The notes below the pieces were generated by a model, which ran no database searches, was not told where the DNA came from, and saw only the letters and a list, made by a program, of their open reading frames with translations. Position numbers and translations under genes: made by a program. From the NCBI RefSeq assembly GCF_009914755.1, contig NC_060933.1: DNA of 64,000 nucleotides; one strand, given 5' to 3'. Shown piece by piece: positions 14,310-27,247 of this stretch. The stretch is from the human T2T-CHM13v2.0 reference genome, Homo sapiens. Positions within the stretch are counted from its first letter, which is position 1. Each line of letters begins with the position of its first letter.

Positions 14310-14940
14310 CTGCAGTGGAACCCAAAGGGCGGGGCTTTGGGGGGACACAGTGCTGAGTTCAGGGTCTGCATCACCACTTATCACCTCTGAGTCCCAGAAC
14401 AAATTAGTCTGCTTCTCTGAGTCTTAGTTTCCTCATCTAATAAAATAACTCTTTGAGCCTTGGTTTTCTCCTCTTCAATAAAATACACTTTTATGATCAT
14501 TATGATAGATGATATAGAATATATATAAGCCCACAGCACTGCACCCAGCAGTGGGAGACACCCAGTGAACGTTGGTGTGCATCTATCCCTTCATCCTTTT
14601 CTTAGCCTAGTAGTTCACCCTTCTTTCCTGATTTACCTCATATTTCCTAATTCTTTAGGGCCCAGTTTAAAGATCACCTTCTCCACAAAATCTCCTCCCA
14701 CACCTCACCCGCCCAACTTCCATGGAAAGCAATCTTTCCTCCCCTGTAGCCTGTCATCTTCTGAACACCTGTGGTACTTACCACTTTCTTCCTGGTGTCT
14801 CAGTGATTGCCGTGTGTTATTTTTTCCCCCCAGTCTGTAAATTCCATGGGGTCAAACTGCCCACCCTTTACTCTTATTTCCCCAAAGCACCCAGCAGAAT
14901 AATTTGTACACAATAGGTGCTTAAAAATAATAAGCTGAAT
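14310..14940 (+). mobile_element. MIR followed by an L2 3' end
   Basis: tctctgagtcttagtttcctcatct (MIR core); gtctgtaaattccatggggtca...caataggtgctt (L2 end). Confidence 0.6.
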
Positions 14941-17710
14941 ATATGTAGCACAATTCTCTATATTTAGAAATCATCTTTCAGTTCTTTTTTGGATACAGGG
15001 TGGTATATATAATGCATCTTTCCATTTGGTCCACTTAGGGAAAAAACAAAACAAAACCAACCAACCAACCAACCAAACAAACAAAAAAATGACCCAGGCT
15101 TCATTGCAAGTCATGACCTCACACAACATCCAGAGAATTCCCTGGAAACAGTTATAAATAAGGACTTGTCACATGGACAATCACAACAAAGCCCTGCTCA
15201 AAAGCTAGTCACAATTCTAAAATTGTGCAAATGCTTAACTGGAAGGGGTATTTCTCAAAGGCTAGCTAGCTAGTCCACAGTTATTGCCCCAAACATCTTT
15301 GTCTTTATTATACTTCCTTAAATTGTACAACATGAAAGTGACATAAATCACATATATTATTCTTATTTTCCAGTGGGAGGGGAGAGACCCTTGAGAGTTT
15401 GAAGAGGCCATGCCTGGCTTCTACCAGATCTGAGGTTACTGAGCTGGCTTTGAGCCTTTTAGATGGAGTACCAGAATTAGGTTTAAGCCAGACTTGGCTT
15501 GTCATGGAGGTACCTGTCGAAGGATGCAACTTTACATGGCTGGATGGACAGCTGCTATTCCAAAATATTCTTTTTTCTAGTACTTGAGAGGGATTGCTAT
15601 GTATTTAGAAAATTTAAAAATCTTTCAGAGGTTCCTGTTCTAGGTGAAGGATTAACTTCAACCAGCGTTTCCACAAAGGTTCCATATCAGAAAGTCTGGG
15701 AAACACTGTCTACTCCATCCCTCTTTACAATTTATTATATGCTGCAGTACACAGCAGCATAATGAAAACTCTGAGAAGTCACGTGATAAAGAGATCTATT
15801 AAACTTAACTCAGAAGCTCTCCCACTTATTTATGGAATCAGCCTTGCCTTTTTGCTTTTTCTTTTTTTCCTTGTTGTTGAAAAATTCTTAGTGACATCCT
15901 ATGAAACCAGCATTTCACTTTTAAAATGCTGCCTTTGCAGTTATTACCCATCACTGTAATGGGGATAAATTTTCAGCTAAGAATGGGACACAAAGGGATA
16001 TGCGTGAGGGGATGGGAAAATCAAGAGAAGGATAAAGTATGTTGAGGGTGACCCAGGGAGGGCCCCCAAACACAATTTGACAGTTTTGCTCAGGGCCAGC
16101 CATGGTTCTCATTTCATACATGATTTTGACTGTGTTTTCCTGCTTCCAAAGCCCGGTTGTTATCAAGTGATAGAATCAGATTGGAAGTAGAATTTGCATC
16201 TTCGTCTTATCTTAAATTGTCTGGTGTAGGGAGGAAAGAAAGGGAACACTTGGACAACATTTGCTCAGATGAATGTGAGAAGAGGAAGGAAAGGAGAAGG
16301 GGATGGCAGGGAAACAAAAGTACGTAGGAGGTAGGACATTAATGATAGAAGGTAATGGACAGGATGGAGGAAAGAGAGAAAGTAAAGGGCTTGACAGGTC
16401 AGGTGGATGCTAACAAACTCCCCCTCCTAAGCCAAGAATAAAATAATAACTGGGACAGGAGCCTTCCTTAAATGTATAAATGGCTCCTTCTATCCCCTTG
16501 GTAGCAGGTACTTATTCCTACATGTAGGGTTCTGTCATTGGACCTCTTGCTGCCCATGGGTCTGCATTTCCCCAAGCTGTTGGTAGGGCCCAGTGTGAGA
16601 TCCTAGTAGTGGTCTGCTGCTTTAGAAAATATCATGGTGGTTAATTTAAAGCACAGGGCTAGCAAAAGAGAAGGGCCTAGGTGTTGTGCAAAAGCCAGAG
16701 TGGAGAGGGGCTGGGAAGGGGCTTCCTCTTGCCCGGGGTTGTCAGATGTTTCACTTCTTGCATGCAAAGCAACTAGGAGATCTTTGGCAAGCTAAGGCAG
16801 CTTAGAATATTAGAAGCTGAAAGCAAGATATGCAACACATTTGGGAGTTTCTCTCTCATGCTGAAGAATAAGATGAACTGATTCCTCTGTGAGGGTACCT
16901 TTCCATTTCTTGTCAGTATCCATGTAAAAGTCATGTAAAAAACCTTAAATGTTTTTCATAACTTACAAATATTATATATTTTTAAAAAGTCGCAGTATGT
17001 ATGGGATGAAATAGGGGTTAAGGCAATAGGACAGCTCCCTTTCCAAGAATTCAAAATCTTCACATTGCTGTTCCATGGCAAACCTACATCAGAAAAGAGA
17101 TTCTTCCTGGGACAAGGCTATGTTCTGGGACAGTGCCTGGAATTCATTAATAAATACATCTTATATAAATCTCTACTCAGAGAAAATGGTTAAAATGATA
17201 TGCCTATCCTCATGGAGTGGGAACCCTCATGTAGACAATGCTACTGGATGGAATGGTGGACCCAGCCTCTCAGAGTAATGCTCCTATCTGAAACAATAGG
17301 GACTGCAGGGAGACAGGCCATGAGCCTACAGTCCTCCACATCAGAATCAGGTGTCTAGCTGGTTCTGGGTATAGAAGATACTTCAGATCTTTCATTCCTT
17401 TGCATAAATCAGAAAACCACCAGAAAATACATCCCCCTCTGAAATAAAGGACATATTAGAAAATTATTGGATGAATGTTTCTATATGTTTTGTGAGCATG
17501 TGGGGGAAAGTACTGGCGCAGTGGGTATTTGTGTTTACATTACTGACACCATTTCTCTGAGTGTGTTACATAATTATGATGGTTTGAATTGTCTGAATGG
17601 AATAACATGATTACCCATGGTATTGCACGTCTCCAATTCCAAATAAACACAATGGCAAAAACTAGACAAAAATGCAGAAAGAATAGTAAGTCACACAATG
17701 TCACTGAAGT

Positions 17711-17716
17711 CATGCA
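17711..17716 (-). promoter_or_regulatory. RBFOX-type intronic splicing element (UGCAUG) ~90 nt downstream of the cassette exon
   Basis: Plus-strand catgca reads TGCATG on the transcribed strand. The position is typical of RBFOX inclusion enhancers; function is untested. Confidence 0.5.
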
Positions 17717-17805
17717 GAGAGGAAAAAAAAGAATAAAAAATGGGCAAGCAACAGACACCATAAATGTAAAAAAGCCAATGCATACAATTCTAAAATCATT
17801 CTTAC

Positions 17806-17856
17806 CTTCTTCAGTCATTGTGTCATAATATTTTAGTTTTCCATATGATCCAAGTT
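17806..17856 (-). CDS. SLC24A2: SLC24A2 51-nt alternatively spliced cassette exon (ELGSYGKLKYYDTMTEE), phase 1/1
   Basis: Minus strand reads ...CTGTGATGTTGTAG|AACTTGGATCATATGGAAAACTAAAATATTATGACACAATGACTGAAGAAG|GTAAGA. This is the 17-aa insert that distinguishes long and short NCKX2 isoforms. Confidence 0.96.
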
Positions 17857-20800
17857 CTACAACATCACAGTAAAAGACACAAAGATAAGGAACGAGCTAT
17901 AATGCAAGAACTTTGTTTTTACACATTTTTAATTAATCAGATTCAGAGTTATACTGTCAAATTTTGCAATCGTAACTATATGGAGATGTGCAAACATGGG
18001 CCATGTGGCAGACAGCTTTCACGGCCCATTTTCAGAAATCACTTTAAATATATTATGCTACCGGGGGTAGAGTGTGCCCTGCATTACAGAATAGGGCACA
18101 GTTATCTTAACATCCAATGAAACAGAGTATTTGGCAAAGATAACTTCACCCCAGGTCTATTGTAACCCTGTAATTTTTATAGAGGTGACACTCCGAGAGA
18201 AAGGGACTGAACAAGGACAACGTCCAGGCTCATGGAAGCTTGCAGACACTGTGATTCCTTGCCACAGAACAGCAGTTCAAGAAGTTTATTTCACAGCTTT
18301 TCTCCAACAGAACCATTTCCTAGAGAAAAAGGAAGCCTACCTAGGAAAATCTAACATGAAAAACCACGTTCTAAACTTCCCTTTCTCTTCTTATATTTTA
18401 GACAGACAACACAGAGTGCTCTGGGAGGAAAAAGGAGGCATGTTCCCAGGGAAGACCACCAGCTCAGATAAGTGACAGGGCAGCCACAGCTCCAGGACTA
18501 AGGCATTGGTGGCTGCTATGTAAACAGCAGGAGGCAGGGCAAGGACCATCAGCTCCCCCTCTGTGTACAGATCATCAATGGACTCCCCCTATAATGGAGA
18601 CCCCTGGCAGAATGTGAGCTGTTTTGAGTGAGCTGGTGGGAGTGGCAGCTGCAGTTGAGGGGAGAGAAGGAGTGGGATACACCATTTCTGTTTTCTTCAG
18701 TTTTAAAATAGCAACTTTTATCCTTGTTTGTCTGAAAATTCTAGATTGTTTTAAGCAATTTTGTGAGCAGGTTAAAAATATATTTTCTGGTCATAACACC
18801 ACTCTCCCAATAAACTTCAAGACATTAATTAGACTCAAGAGATAGTTCTGTAGGATTCTGCAGAATGCTCCCATGGCCCATTAACTGGGCCAGCTGCTGG
18901 GAATCCTCATATGAATAAACTTAAAATTGATGGGTTTTGTGTGCAAGATGAAGGATCTAGCTTAAAATGCAATAATAAATATTCGTGTATTTCATATTTG
19001 TATGATACATCATTTACACATTTTTTCATGTGCCTAGATTTCTATCTAAAATTGTTTTAATACGCCAGCACAAAATTATATCTTGGGGAGAAAAATCACA
19101 TGTTTATGTTTCTACGAAGAGCTGCCTATTCTGGACACATTACAAAAGATGCAGGTGCTTCAAAAAGAAATTGAATTTTGTATAAATAGAAAGAAAATTT
19201 TTTTCATGACTTCTGGGGATTGCCATCAGTGAAAAAAATATATACATACGTGTATATATATGTATATATATATATTCTGGTATTTTAAGAACAGTATTAT
19301 ATATTTGACATTGCACAACTTCGGAATTCTTAAATGACCTAAATACCTTCATAAATATAAAACACATAAATATAAAACATATGTTCATAGTGGCTTCACA
19401 CATAATATATGTGTTTGCATGTGTGAGTAATCTTGGAGTAGATTAACAAATCACATCAGCCAACTAACTGTTTTGTGACCTCTCTTCCTTCCCTGAGGTA
19501 AGCAGTGGAATAAGCAGCTGGCATTCTCTACCATTTGCTCAGCAAACAGAATATGAGTGGCTCTGTGTTTGCAAAGTTGGATGTAAACTATATTCTACAC
19601 AGTGACAATACACCATTGCATTTTTATGGATCCATTTTTGTAGACGCAAACCTCTGTATGCACACACTTATTTTCACATATCAATCCCAACTTTCAAATA
19701 TCTGCTTGTGGCAGATGATATTACTCCTCACCTCATCTCTTGCAGAATCAGGTATAAATAAATACATTCATATTGTTTAATTATCATTTTATTTGTACAT
19801 AGTTGGAATTGGAACTGTTCATATCGGACAAAGCTCACACATTCTCGACAACGTGGCAATGTCTAGATCGCTTCTTAGCTGCTTCCTTGGATATGATGAA
19901 TGAGACTGAAGAACAAGAACTAGGCAGAACATAACAAAAATGAGTCTAATGATGGTGGAAGAGAAGGAAGAAGAGTAGTGAAAAGCTGAATAACAGCAGG
20001 TGTTGTGGCAACTCAAGGCGCACTGAGGAAGCAGTGGAAGGGAATGGTATCTGCCCAAACAAAGAGAACCATGTTTACAGTTTACTGAAGAAAAGTCAGA
20101 AAAGAATGGAGATGGAAACCAGCCTGCTAGAATACGGTCTTTAGCACTAACAGCAACAGGATGGTGAGATGGTGAACTCAGCAGCAGCATCCTAAGGAGG
20201 ATTGGGCAGCATCTCCAGGAGCCACAAGGCCCTCCTCCCTGAAGCAGGGACTCAGGAGGTGCAGAAAGAGAAATGACATGCGACTAGGACAAAAAGCATG
20301 CATGCATAAACCAGAGCTCATCATGCACTTGGCTGGGGTCCTACAGCCCATGATGCCTCCTGGAACGTACCCTTGCCCACTGTCTATTGACAGCCTGTGG
20401 CAAGACCTAGTCTTGCTGAGAGGACCCGGGAGGCGCTCACCGGCATAGGAATGTGGCTTGCAACCAGCACACTCTCCATAATGAATAACTAAGGCACTTT
20501 GAACATAATTGGATTAGGATTCAAACTGGGGCTAATCCAAGGTTAGTTTTTTTGGGGATAGGAGGAAAGAAGTAAGGGAGTTCAAGAGTCTATTAGTTAA
20601 CATTATCTAGCACTGTTCGCTGTATCAGTGAAGCAAGAGGCAGCTAGGATTGGAAGAGCCATACATCACCTGTGAATGTCATTCTGGGTACCACCTGGTG
20701 CCTCTTCTCTATAACATTTCTCTAAGAAGCCACACAGATGGAGAAGAAATTCCAGAACCCTGTGGTCGGTGTTTGAGATGAGCCTGTAATCCGATTGTAA

Positions 20801-21535
20801 ATGCTGCCCATTATGAGAATCACACTTGCTTTCATGCCACCGTGGTGGAGCCCACGTTACTGAGATGTGATGATCCCATGACCAATTTTCTCCCTTACGT
20901 ATATTACTACCCCTCTAACTCTGTATCACACTAGCCAAAAGAGTGACTTTTTTGTTTTGTTTTAAACTTTACTTTGGGGAGGAATGAAAGTTGCCCATTA
21001 GATGTAACAACTCCCAATTGTCTCACAGGGACAGATCTCGATTATGGAAAATATGGTGAAAGTCCTGAAAGGTAGGTTATAATCACAGAGGGAGATCTGA
21101 ATATAATTATGTAGGAATTATCATCCTCGAACAGTGAACAATAATGTGTGGTCATTACTGTGGATCATGCAGATGGTTCATAATGAAATGCCCAAGCAAG
21201 TCCCCAGATTCTGCAACTTCTTATAAATTTGCCACTTCATTTTCAGCCTTGCTTCTCTGTGGTGTTGCTTAGCAATATCAGTGGTTACTGATTTCTGTCT
21301 TGTGAGGAGCTGACTCAGGCCATATTTCACCTTATTTTACATGCTCTGGATGATCAAGCAAGAAAAATGGGACCTAGATGTGCTTTTCTGCTGCTGTCCT
21401 TTTGAGGTGGGCTGGGGAGGGGGAGAGCGTAGGATTGAATATGCAGGTTTCTGAAAAGGATTTTTAAAGAAAAACAATAAGCAACCTAGACAAGAGAATC
21501 AACCCAAAACAATCTGCCTTTTATGAGTATTGTTT

Positions 21536-22156
21536 TGAGAAGTGAAGCCAGCTGGACTTCCTGGGTCTAGTGGGGACTTGGAGAACTTTTCTGTCTAGCA
21601 AGAGGATTGTAAAACGCACCAATCAGCACTCTGTAGCTCCATTGTAAAACGCACCAATCAGCACTCTGTAGCTAGCAAGGGGATTGTAAAACACACCAAT
21701 CAGTGCTCTGTAGCCAGCAACGAGATTGTAAAATGCACCAATCAGTGCTCTGTAAAATTGCACCAATCAGTGCTCTGTAAAATTGCACCAATCAGTACTC
21801 TGTAAAATGCACCAATTAGTGCTCTGTAAAACACACCAATCAGTAGGGTCCTAAAAGTAGCCAATTGCAGGGAGGATTGAAAAAAGGGCATTCTGATAGG
21901 ACAGAAATCGAACATGGATGGGGACAAATAAGGGAATAAAAGCTGACCACCCCAGCCAGCAGCAGCAACCCACTTGGGTCCCCTTCCTTGCTGTGGAAGC
22001 TTTGTTCTTTTGCTTTTCACAATAAATCTTGCTGCTGCTCATTATTTGGGTCCATGCCATCTTTAAGAGCTATAACACTCACCACGAAGGTCCACGGCTC
22101 CATTCTGGAAGTCAGAGAGACCACGAACCCACCGGAAAGAACCAACTCTGGATACA
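21536..22156 (+). mobile_element. ERV9 solo LTR (LTR12 family), antisense to SLC24A2
   Basis: TG...CA ends, tandem gtaaaa(c/t)gcaccaatcag repeats, AATAAAAGC TATA-like box at ~21934, AATAAA at 22021 and the U5 sequence gagaccacgaacccaccgg. Confidence 0.93.
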
Positions 22157-22269
22157 TTTTTACTGTGTAATTAAAAATCTCAATAACAATCTTAAGATAA
22201 TTTTAAACACTGACACTGTTAGAATATTTTTTTTTTCCTTTTTCACAAAGTCCAGGAGATAAGTGATGA

Positions 22270-23490
22270 TATAGCATGAGGGTTGCATATATAGTTTGGA
22301 GCCTTACAGACCTTGACTTGACAACTGGGTCTGCCACTTGCTAGCCATGAGACCTTGGGCAAGTTACCTAATGTATTTGAGACTTAGTTCTCACACTTAT
22401 GCAAATGAGAAAAATACTAGTTGTATTCTAGAATTGTGGTGAGAATTACAGGTGCTTAACCTGTAACTGACAGATAATATTCACTAAATATATGGTAGGT
22501 ATTATTATGACTTTAGTGCATCAGTTGGTTTTCCTTCAAATTAGGAAGCTCCCATACATAGTACTCTTCTGATCTTCAAAAATCAGAGTGAACTTTGGTA
22601 TCAAGAGACCTTATCATTATAATGCAGAACAAGGAGATCTTGTAGCACAGTGGAAATTTTGGAGTCAATAGATATGGGTTCTAATCCAGACTTTGCTTTT
22701 TATTACCAGTGTGACTTTGTAGTAAGATAGCCTTTCACAACCTTAGTTTCCTCATCTGTAAAATGGGGCTCATTCTAGTACGTCCCTCAATATGTTGTTG
22801 TAAGGAGCTTTGTGCTATGCCTGGAACATTGGAAGTGCTCAAGCTCATACATATAGAACCCATCATTCTATGATTGGGCCAAAATCTAGTAAGTGATGAG
22901 TTGTCCAGACTAAGATAATATGTCACAAGTGACCACCCAGGATTTGAACCTTGTTCTAACATCCTTTTCACAAGTTTATATTGGAGAAGAAGCAGGTAAA
23001 ATGAGAATGACAAAAATAATGACCAATGATGTCATGCCAAAGGAAGTCTATGAATGTCATTTATATTCTTTTGTATAATCTAACATCAGGTACATTGAGA
23101 CCTGATGTCAGTTACATTGGTATTATTTAAAGAATGTACAACTCAGAGAAAGAAATGACATAAAGATATTAGGTTTTGGTTTTTGAAAGGGAAGCTCAAA
23201 AGGGACTTCAGCTGTTCAGGAAAGTGGTATTGTCCAGTGGTTAAAAGAGTGTGTTCTGGGGTCCAACAATCCTGGGTTTGAACCCAGCTCCATCAGTTTC
23301 TACCTGTGTGGTCTTGGGTAAATCATTTAGCTACTCTGAACTTCAATGTCCTTATCTGTAATATGGTTATAATAAAAGTTCTTATCTTATAGGATTGATG
23401 TGGAAAATAAATAAGTTAATCTGTATAAAATGCTTAGCCCAGTGTCTGGCAGGCACATGGTAAATATTCAATAAATATTAGTTATTCCTG
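22270..23490. mobile_element. Cluster of MIR elements
   Basis: Repeated MIR cores, e.g. gaccttgggcaagttacct, agtttcctcatctgtaaaatgggg and ctgggtttgaacccagctcc. Confidence 0.7.
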
Positions 23491-24089
23491 TTGTCACTAT
23501 TATTGCCTCCCCATGCATCAATTCAGAGTTCGAGCTGAATATTCAACATTTTCTCTGGTCCCTTTTTCAGCTCTAGTTTGAAGGGAAAAAATAATATTAA
23601 AGATAGTGAAAAAATATGATTTGAATAGCAAAGAACATAGAATATCTGAAACCATCCATGCAACAGTTGGAATTCATTTCTAATTTCAGAAAATCTGTTT
23701 GAGCTCTTCTAATAGAGTATTTCTAAAATGTGTTCTTAATTTTTTGTGGGGGTAGGTGGATGGGGGGTTAGGAAACTAACATTTTCATTAATGACATCTA
23801 TCATCTTGGGTACATTTTTGCTTGTCTATAAATTGAAAGATTACATTTACAAAATCAAGCAAAAGGTACTTTCTCATTAAATCCTATCAATTCTGGGCTG
23901 GGGGTTACAAACACATTTATTACCCACTCTTAGAAGTGGCAAAATATTCCATTATCTTCCTCTGCTTTTTTTAAAAAGGATTTATGAAGTGCTGTGTACA
24001 GATAGGCCTGTTGGTTTCTTTCATAGAAACAGGAGCTTGGTTATATTACATGTGACTAAGATCCACAGGGTGAGGGGAGGGAGGGGGGC

Positions 24090-24690
24090 ACTAAGGTGAT
24101 GCTGATGCTTCTGTAAGCCACACTCACAATCCAACCAGTCACAAAGTCTAATTCCACCCCTAAATATCTTCAATTCTGTCTTTTCTGCTCCATTTCCACT
24201 GCCCTGGCCTTATTCTGAGGCTTTGCCTAGACTACTGCAATGGTCTTATTTGCACTCTTCTTCCCTTATCTTTCTTACCACCTGTCTACCCCCAGCACCT
24301 TTCACCTATCTTTCTCATCATTATCAAGGTAATCATTTCTAAACACAAAGTGAAAATATAACACCTCTCAATCCTGCACATACTGTGATTTTGCGTTGGA
24401 ATTTTACTACGTCTCCTAATTTACTGAATCTTTCAGAACCCCGTTGAGGTTCCCTCCTCCATGCAGCATTCCTGAATGCCCCCATCCCTAACGTTAAGTC
24501 ACTTTCCTCCTGTGTGTCTGTTCCAACTATACACTTTTGTTGTTGTGCTCATCTTATCAAATGTACCTTAACCTACTTGTTTTCTGCCCTTTAAGGCAAA
24601 GAGTCATTGTACGCATTTTGTTAATTTCAGCACCCAGCAGAGTAAAGGGGCACTCTGTATGCGTTCAACAAATGCTGCTAAGTTGAATTA
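24090..24690 (+). mobile_element. Degraded L2
   Basis: gcctagactactgcaatggtct... followed by an L2-like 3' end. Confidence 0.55.
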
Positions 24691-26269
24691 AATATCTATT
24701 TAAAGTGCTCTGTTAATCTTCCTCACCTTTATTACCTTTGGTACTGACACCTATGATTCTTCCCATTTTAGTGTTCTAATTCCACAGCTTCAACTATTCT
24801 GGCTTATAGTGTCTCTATGGGGAGGAAGCCCCATGGGGTGGTCTTGACTCTTGGAATCCCCTTCATTGCTTCAGTGAAGTAGGAGGACTTACATCATGCA
24901 GAAGAGCCATCAGGAGAGTCCTCAGCACACAAAAGACAAAACAGCAGCACTGTCTTTAAAAAATGGCAATGGAAACTACCAGTGCACAGAATAGATGCTG
25001 CATGCTGGCTAGAGAACAACTTGGATATACTCCTGGATCCCATCTTGTGGCCTGGCTGGATTCAGTGGTTTTTGCTAGGCAAAGAGAATCAGTGCTAATT
25101 TATATCCAGCTATTGGGTCAGCAAAGCCGAGTTTCTACCCTCTGGTGCATGAAAGCATCCAATAATATTAGAAAAATATCCAAGGGAGGAGAGGAAAACC
25201 AGTAAAATGAAAAACAAACAAACAAAAAAACTCCAGCCATCCAAGAAGGGAAAAAGGCAAGAGATAAGAGAAATATGAGAGGGCAAGGGAATTTGAGAAC
25301 ACAATGAAATTAAGGGAAAAAGGACTGGAAGACATAAAATTAATGCCACTGATGTGACAGTAATTCAAGGTAAAAATCCTCCTTACAATGATATATTCTA
25401 CACTACAGTATTGTCTGGCATGTTATTTTCCTGAATACTTGGTTCTTTACCACAATAGAAACAATCACTCCAAATTATGAATAATTTACAGGAATAAATT
25501 TAAAGTAGAATGTTCATACAATCCTTTAAATTCCATCTGTTGTAAGTATAAATCCATGTACCATTACTCCTATTAAATACTAGACTGTATAAGTGGGATT
25601 ACATAAGTCAGTTTAAAATCCAGGATGCAAAGAAAGGGTGGAAGATTAAGATATCTTTCCCAAATAGTTATGCATCTTAGATTAAATAGCAAATGCCTGC
25701 CAGTAAACCAGAGATCTGGTTACGCAGGAGGAGCTAGGGCATGCCATTATCTTTTGACCCCCAAGTGACACCCAAAGGGTGGCCTAAGAATGTTTCACCA
25801 GAATTAAAAAATTAATAGAGAGAATAAATGCTTCTGTAGATTTTTTATCAATATATTGGAAAGATACATTTTTTAGTCTGCTGAACACCTATGGACCCCA
25901 GGTAGAATTTTTTTCAAGTCTGCTCAATAGCTATGAACCCAAATGAAATCTGGCCTTTTGGAAGGAAATGAGTTAAGTATCATGTGACATGATTTCCTTC
26001 TCATTGTACAAAGGACAGGAGAACTCTGTAAATACAGAGATTAAAATTATACAGCTTTGGGATAACTTTTGCTCAATGAGAAGCTGATGAATAGAAAATC
26101 GGTTCCCATGTTATCTTATAGATAGGTATACCAGGACCTGAAGATATGGCACATGGTAAATAGGCTTCTTTTTCAGGAAAGAAAATATAGAAAAGATAAT
26201 TCAAGGTCTTATGATTGAACCACTGAAAGCTGTCTAAAATTTTGATGGCTGCAAGAAAAAACGAACAAC

Positions 26270-26530
26270 TGACAGCAACTTATTGGGCAAATGCCTACAG
26301 AGAACTAATGATGTGGCAAGCACTGTTCTATGTGCCCTACAAATAGCATTCCATTGAATACACTTAACAGCCCACGACAGATACCATTATCTTTCCTATT
26401 TTACAAAGGAGGAAGCTGAGTTACAGAGAAGTTAAGTAACTTGCCCAGGGGCACACAGCTAGTAAGAGGCAGAACTGGGGTTCAAACCAAGGTGGCTGGC
26501 TCCTCATTGTGTCTGCTCAGTAACTAACTC
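26270..26530 (-). mobile_element. MIR
   Basis: ttttacaaaggaggaagctgag...aagttaagtaacttgcccagg. Confidence 0.75.
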
Positions 26531-27219
26531 TGCTACTTCTCCCAAGAATCTGATGGGAAGAGGTCACCATGCACACCCCAAGCAGGGTAGAGAGGGTTTT
26601 TCTAAATGGGCACATTGTGTGATGCCACCTTTGAACTCCTAGAATCAGGTCTTCATGGTGTAATCCTCACTAGCATTGACAAGATGGGGTTTAGCTCTCA
26701 GGTCAAGAAAATAGTTGTAACCTATTCCAGATAGGAAACCTTGCATGACCTGCTGCATCACCTATGGAAATGTGTTGCATGAAAAAAAAATCCATAACTG
26801 GATAAAAGGTTTTTTCTCAGAAATGGCAGAGGAGAATTTTCATCATAAATAATTTTCTAAAATGAGATTGATTTACTATGGAATTTAACTCCTGCCAATA
26901 CTGGTTGTTATGGTCTCAGGGCCTTAGAGTAAAAAGCAAAGCTACATTCACTATTGGTGTTTTGGGCTTAAGTGCTGCCATCTGGGAGGTCAAAGAGAAG
27001 TAGCCACATAGGTTACTGCAACTGCATATCTAAAGGCAGGTTCAACAACAGCACTTAAACTGGCATTCAGGGAGTTAACTAGTCTGGGGCAAGCACTGGC
27101 TAAAGTTCCCCCAGAGTCTTGTCTACAGTGGGGGCCTGTAAAGGAGAACATTCCCAATGGGGTTACCACTCATATGTCAGCTTGCAATGGAAATATGTTT
27201 CGTAAATGAATATATGAGA

Positions 27220-27247
27220 ACACACACACACACGCACACACACACAC
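27220..27247. repeat. (CA)n microsatellite
   Basis: Directly visible. Confidence 0.9.

Noticed and set aside
15308-15529. Protein-looking 73-aa minus-strand ORF
   Set aside because: No recognisable homology and no convincing splice-site pair.
21600-21845. Regularly spaced repeats resembling a CRISPR array
   Set aside because: These are LTR12 U3 CCAAT tandem repeats without unique spacers, in eukaryotic DNA.
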